A DNA stretch of 64,000 nucleotides from Escherichia coli (GCF_045037415.1 NZ_CP173438.1), one strand, 5' to 3'. Shown: positions 11,321 to 21,833, counted from the stretch's first letter. Numbers and translations are program-made. The notes: generated by a model not told the origin, from the letters alone.

Positions 11321-12304
11321 TTACATACTTTCTACTAGCTCAAGGTTTTTGGCTGATTGTGCATCTTTCGCCTTGAATTCATCGTATAACGGTTTGACGC
11401 GTTCTTTGAAAGCGGATTTATCAACATCAACAACTGTTGCGTTCATCCCTTTCATTTTGTCGTAGGCTTCTTTTTCAGCCGCAGGCCAGATGACGTCCTT
11501 CATCTGCATCATTGACTCATCGGCTGCTTTTAATAATGCCGTGCGCTCTTTATCACCAAGTTTATTTAACACGTCGGTGCTGATAATTAACACATCAGGT
11601 ACCATGGTGTGTTCATCACGTGAATAGACTTTTGCGACTTCGGCGTGACGCATATCGGCATAGACAACGGTATTGTTCTCTCCGCCATCAACCACTCCTT
11701 GCTGAAGTGCGGTGTAGAGTTCGCCTTGCGCCATCGGGGTAGCGACACCACCGAGTGCTTTCATCATTGCAATGGCGCTGGGGCTTTGTTGAACCCTGAT
11801 TTTCATTCCCGCTAAATCTTCAGGTTTTGTAATCGGTTTATTGGAATAAAAACTTCTCGCACCGCCGTCATAGTACGTAATACCAACAAAACCTTTGCTT
11901 TCTGATGAATTAAGTATTTTTTTACCTAAATCACTTTGCAGAACACGATAATAGTGATCACGGTCGCGGAATAAGAACGGCAGACTGAAAAGGCTGTAAT
12001 CCGGAGCAAATGATTCTAGTGATGCAGCATTAACCTTAACCATCTGTAATGCACCGGAGTTCATTAATTCCAGTGATTCACGCTCATTACCTAATGTCGC
12101 ATTTGGGTAAATGCGAATAACTAATTCACCATTAGAATACTCTTTGGTTTTATCCGCTAAATAGCTTAATGCTTTATGGACAGCATGGCTTTTATCCTGA
12201 TTATGACTCAGTTTTAATGTTGTTTTTGCCAGTGTGGTATTAGATATTAATAAACAACTGGTTAACAGCATAAGCGATGCCGTCAGAGGACGAAGTGCTT
12301 TCAT
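11321..12304 (-). CDS. TRAP transporter substrate-binding protein (DctP family)
   Basis: 327-aa ORF with signal peptide MKALRPLTASLMLLTSCLLISNTTLA; DctP-like size and position ahead of the Q and M genes. Confidence 0.82.
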   Translation of the reverse strand: MKALRPLTASLMLLTSCLLISNTTLAKTTLKLSHNQDKSHAVHKALSYLADKTKEYSNGELVIRIYPNATLGNERESLELMNSGALQMVKVNAASLESFAPDYSLFSLPFLFRDRDHYYRVLQSDLGKKILNSSESKGFVGITYYDGGARSFYSNKPITKPEDLAGMKIRVQQSPSAIAMMKALGGVATPMAQGELYTALQQGVVDGGENNTVVYADMRHAEVAKVYSRDEHTMVPDVLIISTDVLNKLGDKERTALLKAADESMMQMKDVIWPAAEKEAYDKMKGMNATVVDVDKSAFKERVKPLYDEFKAKDAQSAKNLELVESM

Positions 12305-12376
12305 ATCCTGCTCCTGGTTAATATAACAGAAACGATAAATACAGCGCTTTTCTATCGTTATAATAAAAAATAGTGA

Positions 12377-13387
12377 TTAATTCTCTGCCAGATAATGGAA
12401 TATTCCTGCCGGAACCGGAATACCTTCCTGTTGGCATTTTTCTTTGTAGTGCATTTGCGGATCGTTCGGCGCTAACACTTTTTCGACACCAGGAGCCGGT
12501 TTAACGGCATGCAGCTCCGTGACCATTTTCGCCATAGTTTTTGCAAAAACAGGATTGCCGAGCTTTTTCGGATCGATGGCAATAACCAAACTTGCCAGCT
12601 TACGCATCTTGTCATAATCACCATACATGCGAACAATATGGTTGCCAAAATTCGCATTCATCAGCACGCCAGTCAGTGCATCAATAGCCAGTGCAATGCC
12701 TGAACCTTTGTGTTGGCCGAAAGGTAGCAGGTTTTCAATCTTATACGGATCAGTGGTGCCATAACCGTTTTTATCTATCGCCAGTCCTTCACCAATATGT
12801 TTTCCGGTTTCCTTTGCATGAAGTATTTTGCCGAAAGCCGTGGCACTGGTCGCCATATCAACAATCATCGGATGGCTGTTTTCCACCGGGAAACCAAAGG
12901 CGATGGGGTTAGTTCCCAAAAAGCGCTCGGCGCCGCCATGGGGAGCCACACAGGTATCGGTTTGCGTCATTACGATAGCAACCAACCCTTTGTTGGTGAT
13001 CATCTCTGCAAAATAAGATAACGCACCACAGTGAGACGTGTTTTTAACGCTAACAAAACCGAGACCCTCTTGCTGGGCCAGTTTAATAGCGTGCTCAGTG
13101 GCGCTAATTAATGCGGAATGCCCCATTCCGTCGTCAGAGTCGAGAATGGCCACTGACGGTGAAATTTGCTCAATGCTAAACTGCGGGGCTTTATTTAACC
13201 CTCCGGCAGCAAGGCGGGTGCAATAATGTTCGACACGCATAACACCATGTGAATGCACACCGGTAATATCGGCATGTACTAAAACATCTGTCACCTGTTG
13301 TGTGGTGTCGGTATCCAGCCCGGCGGTATGTAATTTGTGGTGCACCAGTGATTTTAAATTTTCTTCACTGACATAAACAGTTGTCAT
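12377..13387 (-). CDS. Ldh_2 family (malate/L-lactate/2,3-diketogulonate-type) NAD(P)H-dependent oxidoreductase
   Basis: 336-aa ORF with the Ldh_2 motifs SHGV.R, GTNPIAFG, VDMATSA, HKGSG; resembles YiaK/AllD-type enzymes. Confidence 0.75.
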   Translation of the reverse strand: MTTVYVSEENLKSLVHHKLHTAGLDTDTTQQVTDVLVHADITGVHSHGVMRVEHYCTRLAAGGLNKAPQFSIEQISPSVAILDSDDGMGHSALISATEHAIKLAQQEGLGFVSVKNTSHCGALSYFAEMITNKGLVAIVMTQTDTCVAPHGGAERFLGTNPIAFGFPVENSHPMIVDMATSATAFGKILHAKETGKHIGEGLAIDKNGYGTTDPYKIENLLPFGQHKGSGIALAIDALTGVLMNANFGNHIVRMYGDYDKMRKLASLVIAIDPKKLGNPVFAKTMAKMVTELHAVKPAPGVEKVLAPNDPQMHYKEKCQQEGIPVPAGIFHYLAEN

Positions 13388-13397
13388 ATTTGTTCCC

Positions 13398-14414
13398 TTA
13401 AAAAGTGATCACACCCTTGACCATATTTTTATTTTCTACAACGTTACGCTGGTAATCTTCGCCAACACTAAAGAAATTGAACGCCTGGTTTTTCATTAAA
13501 TTTTCGTGAATTTTATTGCTGCGCATCAGTTCAATCACCAACGCAAAATCTTCCCGTGTGGCATTGCGGCTGCTGAGTAACGTTGTCTCTTTTTTATGGA
13601 AGGTCGGATCGTCAATAACAAGTTCACCAATGTACAAACCGATGAAAACAATTTTGCCGCCATGACGAATAAGATTGACATCATGACTCATTGAAGCTTT
13701 ATTTCCCGTCGCATCCAGTACTACGCAAGCCAGTTCGCCTCCAAAGGCCTCACGAAGCGCGGCAATAAAATCTTCCTGTGTGGGATTGAAGGCATTAATC
13801 GCCAGATGATCCACAACGTGCTGGCGACGTTGACAGTCAATATCAGCAACAACAACATGTGCCCCTTTAGCCCGGGCGATGGCTGCGGTAGCCAGACCGA
13901 TTGGCCCAGCGCCAATCACCAGTACGTTTTGTTCAGCCTTGATCTCTGCCCGACGAACGGCATGTGCACCAATGGCGAAACATTCAACCAATGCTCCGGC
14001 ACTGTCGCTGACCTCGTCAGGGAGAGGCACAAGGTTGTCTTCACGTACCGCAAGGTACTCACTAAAACCCCCATCCTGATGCACGCCATACAGCGAAACA
14101 CGTTCGCAGCAGTTCGTTTTCTCTTCCCGACAGGCTGCGCACTCGCCACACGGAATGCATGGGATGACGGAATAGCGCTGGCCTGATTGTGCTGTTTGGC
14201 ACTGGCTGCCTCGCGAAACCGCTTCGGCGCATATTTCATGACCTAATACACGTGGGTAGCTAAAAAAAGGCTGTCTGCCGGCAAAAGCGTGAATATCAGT
14301 ACCACAAATACCCACAGCTTTTATTTTTAACAGCACTTCATTATCTGCTGGTGTGGGAATATCCTTTTCCACATATTCCATAACGCCAGGCTGCTGACAA
14401 ATTAATGTTTTCAT
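13398..14414 (-). CDS. Zinc-dependent medium-chain alcohol/polyol dehydrogenase
   Basis: 338-aa ORF with GHE and cysteine-cluster zinc motifs (CGTDIH, ...CGECAAC...) and Rossmann GAGPIG; start ATG overlaps the upstream stop (ATGA). Confidence 0.8.
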   Translation of the reverse strand: MKTLICQQPGVMEYVEKDIPTPADNEVLLKIKAVGICGTDIHAFAGRQPFFSYPRVLGHEICAEAVSRGSQCQTAQSGQRYSVIPCIPCGECAACREEKTNCCERVSLYGVHQDGGFSEYLAVREDNLVPLPDEVSDSAGALVECFAIGAHAVRRAEIKAEQNVLVIGAGPIGLATAAIARAKGAHVVVADIDCQRRQHVVDHLAINAFNPTQEDFIAALREAFGGELACVVLDATGNKASMSHDVNLIRHGGKIVFIGLYIGELVIDDPTFHKKETTLLSSRNATREDFALVIELMRSNKIHENLMKNQAFNFFSVGEDYQRNVVENKNMVKGVITF

Positions 14415-15883
14415 TTCTGCTCATCCGATAATAATTGGCTGATGGTGGCCTTGATGCCTTTGTTTTTTATATTTGCAAAGGCGATTTTTATTTCATTTAT
14501 AAATGGCTGATGGTTGCTTAAATCACCAAATATGGCGCTAAGGTGCAGTAATGCGAGCGCCTGTTGCCATGCGTCTTGTTGTTCCTTTATTAGCGCCTGA
14601 AATTGTTCATTCATTGGATCCGCGACAGACTGGCTTTTCTCAACAGCTTCAATGACATAATGCAACCAACCAGCAACGAGCAGTGACAGAACAGCATTGT
14701 TTTGTTTTTGCTGATGCAATTTCAGCCAGGGCGTCAGCGCACGCTGGGGAAGCTTTTGTGAACCGTCCATAGCGATTTGCCCGGTACGGTGTGCAACATT
14801 ACGGTTGCTAAAGCGTTCAATTAACAGGTCGGCGTATTCCTGGGCGTCGATATTTAAGTCTGGATTAAGTGTTCGGGCTTGTTCATTAATCATCAGTTGG
14901 CGGGTAATGGAACGAAAATCAGCGTCTTCCATGCATTGCCAGATAAATTCATAGCCAGCCAGTGAGCCGTTATAGGCCAGAAATGAATGGCCACCGTTTA
15001 ACATGCGTAACTTCATCTCTTCATAAGGCTGAACATTGCTGACAAACATCGCGCCTGCTTTATCCCATTGTGGTCGCCCATGCACAAAATTATCTTCAAT
15101 CACCCACTGACGAAATGATTCGCAGACGATCCCGCAGGGATCGGCATAACCGGTTTTAGTTTCCAGTAAGGCGAATTGCGATTCGGTCATTGCCGGAACA
15201 ATGCGATCGACCATCGTGCCTGGAAATGAGACATTTTCTTCGATCCACTGAGCCAGGGGCTGGTCCAGTTGTCGGGCAAAACCGAGAACGGCATTTCGCG
15301 TCAGATGCCCATTGTCTGGCAAGTTGTCGCAGGAGAGCACGCTAAAAGCGGCGAGCCCTGCCGCTTTACGTTGTTGCAAAGCACAGACGATCAAGCCAAT
15401 AGCCGACTGAGGCGCATCCGGGTTTTGTAGATCGTGTTTGATTAATCCATTGGTGAGATCAAGCGATCGCGTTTGCGAATCGAGACAATAGCCTTTCTCG
15501 GTGATGGTTAATGAAACGATTTTTACCTGAGGTTCAGTCAATTTCTGGATTGCTGCGGCAATGCCATCCACGGGGGTATGAATACCGCCAGTTACCGAAC
15601 GCACAAGGCGTGAGGTAGATTGCGATGCAGATGTTTCCACAACCGAAAACAGCCCATTTTGCGCATTTAAGTTTTCGATCAGTTGAGCATCACCAAACAG
15701 GTTGATCTCAAAGATCCCCCAGTGGGTGTCAGAAAGCTGATTAGTGAGATCCGTGTAGACAGCCTGGTGTCCGCGATGAAAAGCGCCAAAACCAATATGG
15801 ACAATATCTGCCTGTAACCCGCCCCGAGGCCAGGTGGTTACCTGATCATAGTGGGCGGCATCGATACTTTCGTTCCCTGACAT
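14411..15883 (-). CDS. Mannitol-dehydrogenase-family oxidoreductase (UxuB/UxaB-like mannonate/fructuronate-type)
   Basis: Track ORF 14411..15919 starts at TTG; preferred start is ATG at 15883 (MSGNES...) preceded by AGGAG. Strongly UxuB-like blocks: GFGAFHRGHQ, SLTITEKGY, SCDNLPDNG, TMVDRIVP, KLRMLNGGHS, QIAMDGSQKLPQR. Confidence 0.85.
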   Translation of the reverse strand: MSGNESIDAAHYDQVTTWPRGGLQADIVHIGFGAFHRGHQAVYTDLTNQLSDTHWGIFEINLFGDAQLIENLNAQNGLFSVVETSASQSTSRLVRSVTGGIHTPVDGIAAAIQKLTEPQVKIVSLTITEKGYCLDSQTRSLDLTNGLIKHDLQNPDAPQSAIGLIVCALQQRKAAGLAAFSVLSCDNLPDNGHLTRNAVLGFARQLDQPLAQWIEENVSFPGTMVDRIVPAMTESQFALLETKTGYADPCGIVCESFRQWVIEDNFVHGRPQWDKAGAMFVSNVQPYEEMKLRMLNGGHSFLAYNGSLAGYEFIWQCMEDADFRSITRQLMINEQARTLNPDLNIDAQEYADLLIERFSNRNVAHRTGQIAMDGSQKLPQRALTPWLKLHQQKQNNAVLSLLVAGWLHYVIEAVEKSQSVADPMNEQFQALIKEQQDAWQQALALLHLSAIFGDLSNHQPFINEIKIAFANIKNKGIKATISQLLSDEQK

Positions 15884-16205
15884 TATGCTCTTACTCCTGG
15901 TGGCTTGTGTGTATACCAATTTACATAATTCATTAGACCAAAAACAGAGAGATGCATCACGCTTGCAGAGAAAGGTAAAAGTACGAAACAGAACAACAAG
16001 GCGTTATTTATATCTGTATCAATGAGTTATATGAATAAAATGAAAGGAAAGTTTTTTAGAGGTCAGTTTTTAGGATAATTGCCGCTAATCTAAGATATCT
16101 GATGATAGTCGATTTATTAGACCAATTAAAAAGAGAGCGTGTACCAGTGGAGGGCGGAAGGCAGAGCCGGCGTTATTTTTTCCGCCAGCTCTGGACTAAT
16201 GAAGG

Positions 16206-16955
16206 TTAACGAGCGAAGAAAAAGTCATCAAAATCGCTGATGGAAGCGTCTTGTTTGAAGATTTTGATCAGTTCATTTTTGCTGTTTTCCAGATGTCTCC
16301 AGGACGCTTCCCTGGCGAGCTCTGAATCTTTCTGTTGCAGAGCCAGGAAAATAGCCCGGTGATCTTCCAGCCATTGCAGACGCAAATGCTTTTCATGCAG
16401 GTACTTGTAGTTAAGTTTCTTCCAGCGGGGGTTTTCTGTACGAACTGCCCGCCATAATTCAGCAGCTTGTTTGATGAGTACCCGATTTTGCGTCGCTTCG
16501 GCAATAATGCTATGAAATCGGTGATCCAGGTCTTCAAATTTATCACTTTCCGCAGCGATGGCTTTTTCCTGTAATCCAATGATTTTCTTCAACTCTTGTA
16601 ACTCGTTAAAGCTGATCTGGCTGGCAGCAAAACCGGTAATATTGCTCTCAATTACCTGACGTGCCTGTAACAGTTCAAACGGGCCAATTTCTGAATAGGG
16701 CATTAATGATTTCTGGTTGAGCTTATCGGTGGAGTCGACAAAGAAAATCCCTGACCCTTGCTTCACATTCAATACGCCTTTCAGTTCCAGCATAATGATG
16801 GCTTCACGAATGGTAGTTCGGCTGGTATTAAACCGCTCGCTCAGTTCACGTTCTGAAGGTAAGCGTTCTCCGGCCTTAAATACGCCTGAATACAGCAGCT
16901 CTTCAATCTGTAGACCAATATCGTAATAGCGGCGCTTTGTAATAACCTGTTCCAT
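16206..16955 (-). CDS. GntR/FadR-family transcriptional regulator
   Basis: 249-aa ORF with N-terminal GntR helix-turn-helix (LPSERELSERFNTSRTTIREAI) and an FCD-like C-terminal domain; sits upstream of the TRAP/dehydrogenase operon on the same strand. Confidence 0.8.
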   Translation of the reverse strand: MEQVITKRRYYDIGLQIEELLYSGVFKAGERLPSERELSERFNTSRTTIREAIIMLELKGVLNVKQGSGIFFVDSTDKLNQKSLMPYSEIGPFELLQARQVIESNITGFAASQISFNELQELKKIIGLQEKAIAAESDKFEDLDHRFHSIIAEATQNRVLIKQAAELWRAVRTENPRWKKLNYKYLHEKHLRLQWLEDHRAIFLALQQKDSELAREASWRHLENSKNELIKIFKQDASISDFDDFFFAR

Positions 16956-17206
16956 ACCTTGCCTTACTGTGGGTGTCCTCGGATAGCCGATCGACGTGCA
17001 ATATGATTTGAACGTTGCTGAGCGGCATAAATAGTAGCGGCAGTTGCCACGATACCGCCAGCCTTAAATGTGCTTGCCCAAGTCGGGCAGTGAAAAACCT
17101 CACCAGGGTATTTCGCCACCGTTCATCAACATCACTTCATTTCCGCGCGTGATACAGCGTATAATCCCCGGCCTTTGATTATTTTTTTACCATTTCTGGA
17201 AGCAAA

Positions 17207-19426
17207 ATGAGCTCTATCTCCCTGATCCAACCGGATCGCGACCTGTTCTCCTGGCCGCAGTACTGGGCCGCCTGTTTTGGACCGGCACCGTTTTTGCCGA
17301 TGTCACGTGAAGAGATGGATCAACTAGGCTGGGATAGCTGCGACATCATTTTGGTTACTGGCGACGCGTATGTCGATCACCCAAGCTTCGGGATGGCGAT
17401 TTGCGGTCGTATGCTGGAAGCGCAGGGCTTTCGCGTCGGGATCATCGCCCAGCCAGACTGGAGCAGTAAAGACGACTTTATGCGTCTGGGTAAACCGAAT
17501 CTGTTTTTCGGTGTTACTGCTGGCAACATGGACTCGATGATCAACCGCTATACCGCCGATCGCCGTTTACGTCATGACGATGCCTACACGCCAGATAATG
17601 TCGCGGGTAAGCGTCCGGATCGCGCCACACTGGTTTATACCCAACGTTGTAAAGAGGCGTGGAAAGATGTGCCGGTGATCCTCGGCGGTATTGAGGCCAG
17701 CCTGCGCCGTACCGCGCACTATGATTACTGGTCGGATACCGTGCGCCGTTCCGTGCTGGTGGATTCGAAAGCCGACATGCTGATGTTTGGTAACGGTGAG
17801 CGTCCGCTGGTGGAAGTGGCGCACCGTCTGGCGATGGGCGAGCCGATTAGTGAAATCCGCGATGTGCGTAATACCGCGATTATCGTAAAAGAGGCGTTGC
17901 CAGGCTGGAGCGGTGTGGATTCCACCCGTCTTGATACCCCTGGGAAAATCGACCCAATCCCGCATCCGTATGGCGAAGATTTGCCGTGCGCGGATAACAA
18001 ACCGGTAGCTCCGAAAAAGCAGGAAGCCAAATCTGTAACCGTGCAGCCACCACGCCCGAAACCGTGGGAAAAAACCTACGTGTTGCTGCCTTCTTTCGAG
18101 AAAGTGAAGGGCGATAAAGTGCTGTACGCCCATGCTTCGCGCATTCTGCACCACGAAACTAACCCAGGCTGCGCCCGCGCATTGATGCAAAAACATGGCG
18201 ACCGCTATGTATGGATCAACCCGCCTGCTATTCCGCTTTCTACCGAAGAGATGGATAGCGTCTTTGCGCTGCCGTACAAGCGCGTGCCGCATCCGGCTTA
18301 CGGTAATGCCCGAATTCCGGCTTACGAAATGATTCGTTTCTCGGTCAACATTATGCGTGGCTGCTTTGGCGGCTGCTCTTTCTGTTCTATTACCGAGCAC
18401 GAAGGGCGCATTATTCAGAGCCGTTCCGAAGATTCGATTATTAATGAGATCGAAGCGATCCGCGACACTGTTCCAGGTTTTACGGGCGTGATTTCCGATC
18501 TCGGTGGGCCTACTGCCAACATGTATATGTTGCGCTGCAAATCGCCACGCGCTGAGCAAACCTGCCGTCGTTTGTCGTGCGTTTATCCGGATATTTGTTC
18601 GCACATGGACACTAATCATGAACCGACCATCAATCTCTATCGCCGTGCGCGTGATCTGAAAGGCATTAAAAAGATCCTGATTGCCTCTGGTGTGCGTTAT
18701 GACATCGCTGTAGAAGATCCGCGCTATATCAAAGAGCTGGCGACCCATCACGTTGGCGGTTATCTGAAGATTGCCCCGGAACATACCGAAGAAGGGCCGT
18801 TATCGAAGATGATGAAGCCGGGCATGGGCAGCTATGACCGCTTTAAAGAGCTGTTCGATACTTACTCGAAACAGGCAGGTAAAGAACAGTATCTGATCCC
18901 GTATTTCATCTCCGCGCACCCGGGTACGCGTGATGAAGATATGGTGAATCTGGCGCTATGGCTGAAAAAGCATCGCTTCCGCCTCGACCAGGTGCAGAAC
19001 TTCTATCCGTCGCCGCTGGCTAACTCGACCACCATGTATTACACCGGCAAAAACCCGCTGGCGAAGATTGGTTATAAGAGTGAAGACGTCTTCGTGCCGA
19101 AGGGCGACAAACAGCGTCGTTTGCATAAAGCGTTGTTGCGTTACCACGATCCGGCAAACTGGCCGTTAATCCGCCAGGCGCTGGAAGCGATGGGCAAAAA
19201 GCATCTGATTGGCAGCCGTCGCGATTGCTTAGTGCCTGCGCCAACTATTGAAGAGATGCGTGAGGCTCGTCGCCAGAACCGCAATACCCGTCCGGCGTTG
19301 ACTAAACATACGCCGATGGCGACCCAGCGTCAGACGCCTGCTACGGCAAAAAAAGCGTCGTCTACGCAATCTCGCCTGCAGAATGCTGGTGCGAAGAAAC
19401 GCCCTAAAGCGGCGGTTGGACGTTAA
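17207..19426 (+). CDS. ygiQ: YgiQ-family radical SAM protein (UPF0313)
   Basis: 739-aa [23 protein letters not shown]... with radical-SAM cysteine motif (CFGGCSFC) and a basic C-terminal tail. Confidence 0.92.
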   Translation: MSSISLIQPDRDLFSWPQYWAACFGPAPFLPMSREEMDQLGWDSCDIILVTGDAYVDHPSFGMAICGRMLEAQGFRVGIIAQPDWSSKDDFMRLGKPNLFFGVTAGNMDSMINRYTADRRLRHDDAYTPDNVAGKRPDRATLVYTQRCKEAWKDVPVILGGIEASLRRTAHYDYWSDTVRRSVLVDSKADMLMFGNGERPLVEVAHRLAMGEPISEIRDVRNTAIIVKEALPGWSGVDSTRLDTPGKIDPIPHPYGEDLPCADNKPVAPKKQEAKSVTVQPPRPKPWEKTYVLLPSFEKVKGDKVLYAHASRILHHETNPGCARALMQKHGDRYVWINPPAIPLSTEEMDSVFALPYKRVPHPAYGNARIPAYEMIRFSVNIMRGCFGGCSFCSITEHEGRIIQSRSEDSIINEIEAIRDTVPGFTGVISDLGGPTANMYMLRCKSPRAEQTCRRLSCVYPDICSHMDTNHEPTINLYRRARDLKGIKKILIASGVRYDIAVEDPRYIKELATHHVGGYLKIAPEHTEEGPLSKMMKPGMGSYDRFKELFDTYSKQAGKEQYLIPYFISAHPGTRDEDMVNLALWLKKHRFRLDQVQNFYPSPLANSTTMYYTGKNPLAKIGYKSEDVFVPKGDKQRRLHKALLRYHDPANWPLIRQALEAMGKKHLIGSRRDCLVPAPTIEEMREARRQNRNTRPALTKHTPMATQRQTPATAKKASSTQSRLQNAGAKKRPKAAVGR

Positions 19427-19431
19427 AAAAT

Positions 19432-19466
19432 ATCCCCGGTAACAGAATGCTGCCGGGGATTTTTTT
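19432..19466. terminator. Bidirectional rho-independent terminator between convergent ygiQ and yqhH
   Basis: ATCCCCGGTAACAGAATGCTGCCGGGGAT followed by TTTTTTT on the + strand and preceded by an A-run, so it also serves the minus-strand yqhH. Confidence 0.8.
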
Positions 19467-19467
19467 A

Positions 19468-19725
19468 TCATTCTGCGTACATACGCAAGCAGCGCAGGCA
19501 GTCGAAATAGTCCTGTGCATCAAGACGCGTATTGGCTCTGTTAGCTTCGGATTTGGCAGCATAGATTTGTGGGCGTAATGCTTTCATATCCTGCTCAAGC
19601 CGGGCGATTTTGGCATTTAATGTTTGCACATTGCTCGCCAGCTGATTGATCTTTTGCTCATTGACGCAGCCACTGAGCAAGCAGGTTGCCAGAACAACAG
19701 CTCCCACGGTGAAAATCGTTTTCAT
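19468..19725 (-). CDS. yqhH: Lpp-like outer-membrane lipoprotein YqhH
   Basis: 85-aa ORF with lipobox (LLSGC) and coiled-coil Lpp-like body. Confidence 0.85.
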   Translation of the reverse strand: MKTIFTVGAVVLATCLLSGCVNEQKINQLASNVQTLNAKIARLEQDMKALRPQIYAAKSEANRANTRLDAQDYFDCLRCLRMYAE

Positions 19726-19775
19726 ATAGTGTTCCCTTTTATTTATTGTTCCGGCTAATTGTTATTTAATTCAGC

Positions 19776-20702
19776 TCATTGTTTTAATCTGGCGGCGGTT
19801 TTTGCCTCAATCTGCTTAAGTAGGCTGCCGCTGTTCGGGCGGATAAAATCAGCGATTTCCCACTTACCTTCGCGCCGCTGTAAAATCAGTTCTTGCTCTT
19901 CGTTGTTGCCATTGGTCAGCGTAAAGCGAACATGAATGCGGGCGGAATCGGTGGTTTTCTCCAGGACTCGAATTTCATCAACGCGTGAAAATAACGACTC
20001 TTCGCCAAAACAGATCGGATTGTCGTAAATAAATTGCCGTTCTATTGGCATATCTTCATCGGGATTGTTGGCCGTCTTGAAGGTGGTTTTATAGAAGGCA
20101 TTGACCGCCTGGCGGTAAGAGTCGGAAACCACCCACGTCCACGGCCAGCTATAATCAGCAATATGTTCAAAGAGTTCGGCAACAAAGGCTTCCGGCTGTT
20201 CTTTTTGCAACGAAGCTATAGCGGCCAGTGTTTTTTCATTCTCGCTATTAACCGCTTGTAAGACGCTGCCATGATTGCTGACAATATCGTCAATGACCCA
20301 ACGACCATTTTCCGCCACCATTTTCAGTGTCTGCGAGGTCTTTTCTTTATCGTCTTGAAAGATACGAAAGCGCACAATGGCATCGGCATGATCGGCGTCA
20401 GTTTGGGTTATCGCTACGCTTTCTAACACCAGATCGCCAAAATCCTGACAATCACAAACCGGATCATAATCCAGCCAGCCAATATTGCCCGGCAGCGTAA
20501 GATTGTCGTTCAGGGTAAGCGCCTGTTGAATACGCGCAGAAGTTATCGCTCGCTCTCCGGTTTCACCAAAATAAGGGGCAGTGGCATCTGATTTATAGTT
20601 CTGATAAATATGCCGGACTGTTTGTTCTACGGTCTGTGAGGGGGGCTGTGCGTGTACGGTAAAACTTGCCAGGGCTGCTAAAAACAGAAGTATTATTTTC
20701 AT
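19776..20702 (-). CDS. yqhG: Periplasmic DUF3828-type protein YqhG
   Basis: 308-aa ORF with signal peptide MKIILLFLAALASFTVHA; matches my recollection of YqhG. Confidence 0.82.
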   Translation of the reverse strand: MKIILLFLAALASFTVHAQPPSQTVEQTVRHIYQNYKSDATAPYFGETGERAITSARIQQALTLNDNLTLPGNIGWLDYDPVCDCQDFGDLVLESVAITQTDADHADAIVRFRIFQDDKEKTSQTLKMVAENGRWVIDDIVSNHGSVLQAVNSENEKTLAAIASLQKEQPEAFVAELFEHIADYSWPWTWVVSDSYRQAVNAFYKTTFKTANNPDEDMPIERQFIYDNPICFGEESLFSRVDEIRVLEKTTDSARIHVRFTLTNGNNEEQELILQRREGKWEIADFIRPNSGSLLKQIEAKTAARLKQ

Positions 20703-20901
20703 CTGTTTTTCACCTCTCCGTTGCGTTTATCCCGGATATAGATGAGTTGTTCTTTTAAGAGCTTCCGGCTCTGCATGATGATGTCCTTATATTTGGCATT
20801 CCTGAACAAGGAAGAGTAGCAACGGGCGGGACGCGAGGGGAATAAATGATTTCTGAAAAGTCCGGTAGCGGAACATTACCGCCACCGGGAGAATTTGCAC
20901 G

Positions 20902-21729
20902 TTAGCCGCCGAACTGGTCAGGATCGGGACCGAGACGCTTGCCCTGATCGAGTTTTGCAATTTCGCCAAGTTCGTCTTTGTCGAGACGGAAATCCCAGAC
21001 ATCAAAGTTTTCGACAATGCGTGAAGGTGTGACCGATTTTGGGATCACCACCAGGCCGCTATCCAGATGCCAGCGGATAACAATCTGCGCAGGGGTTTTG
21101 CCGTATTTATCTGCCAGATCGCGAATGACTTTCTGATCGAAAACGCCTTTCCCTCCTTGCGCTAATGGGCTCCAGGATTCGGTCTGGATTTTGTGTGTCG
21201 CGTTCCAGGCATGTAGCTGGCGTTGTTGCATCAGCGGGTGAAGTTCGATCTGGTTTATCACAGGCGTCACGCCAGTTTCATCAATCAGGCGTTGCAGGTG
21301 ATGGATCTGGAAGTTGCACACGCCGATGCTTTTGATTAATCCCTCTTTTTGCAATTCGATCATGCCTTTCCATGCTTTGACATAATGGTCGATAGCGGGA
21401 ACGGGCCAGTGCATTAAATAGAGGTCGATATAATCAAGCTGGAGTTTTTTCAGGCTGTCGAGCAGGGCTTCGCGGGGGCGCTTGTGGTCGTCGTTCCACA
21501 GCTTAGTGGTGATGAACAGTTCTTCTCTGTTGACTGAGGCATTTTTCAGGGCTTTGCCGACACCTTCTTCGTTCTTGTAGGCCGCGGCGGTATCAATCGA
21601 GCGATAACCCACTTCTAACGCTTTTTGAATGGCGGTGATTACTTCCTCATTACTTGCTTGCCAGACGCCCAGTCCCAGCTGGGGCATGACATTGCCATCC
21701 TGTAGCTTAATAACGGTTGGATTAGCCAT
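20902..21729 (-). CDS. dkgA: 2,5-diketo-D-gluconate reductase A / methylglyoxal reductase (aldo-keto reductase)
   Basis: 275-aa ORF MANPTVIKLQDGNVMPQLGLGVWQ... with AKR catalytic tetrad context. Confidence 0.95.
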   Translation of the reverse strand: MANPTVIKLQDGNVMPQLGLGVWQASNEEVITAIQKALEVGYRSIDTAAAYKNEEGVGKALKNASVNREELFITTKLWNDDHKRPREALLDSLKKLQLDYIDLYLMHWPVPAIDHYVKAWKGMIELQKEGLIKSIGVCNFQIHHLQRLIDETGVTPVINQIELHPLMQQRQLHAWNATHKIQTESWSPLAQGGKGVFDQKVIRDLADKYGKTPAQIVIRWHLDSGLVVIPKSVTPSRIVENFDVWDFRLDKDELGEIAKLDQGKRLGPDPDQFGG

Positions 21730-21749
21730 ACGTTCCTCCTTTATATGAA

Positions 21750-21773
21750 CTCACCGGAGCAGGCTCCGGTGAG
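21750..21773 (-). other. Intercistronic stem-loop between yqhD and dkgA
   Basis: CTCACCGGAG-CAGG-CTCCGGTGAG, perfect 10-bp stem, directly upstream of the dkgA Shine-Dalgarno on the minus strand; possible partial terminator or processing site. Confidence 0.5.
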
Positions 21774-21833
21774 GTGTTGTGAACTTAAGTCTGGACGAAA
21801 TGCCCGAAAACGAAAGTTTGAGGCGTAAAAAGC

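Noticed and set aside
9412-17206. Mobile-element origin of the TRAP island (integrase, IS element, tRNA attachment site)
   Set aside because: No integrase, transposase, tRNA gene or obvious long direct repeats were seen at either boundary; acquisition is inferred only from composition and recalled K-12 synteny.
17567-18784. 405-aa minus-strand ORF inside ygiQ
   Set aside because: Antisense to ygiQ; arginine- and histidine-rich low-complexity translation characteristic of a shadow ORF.
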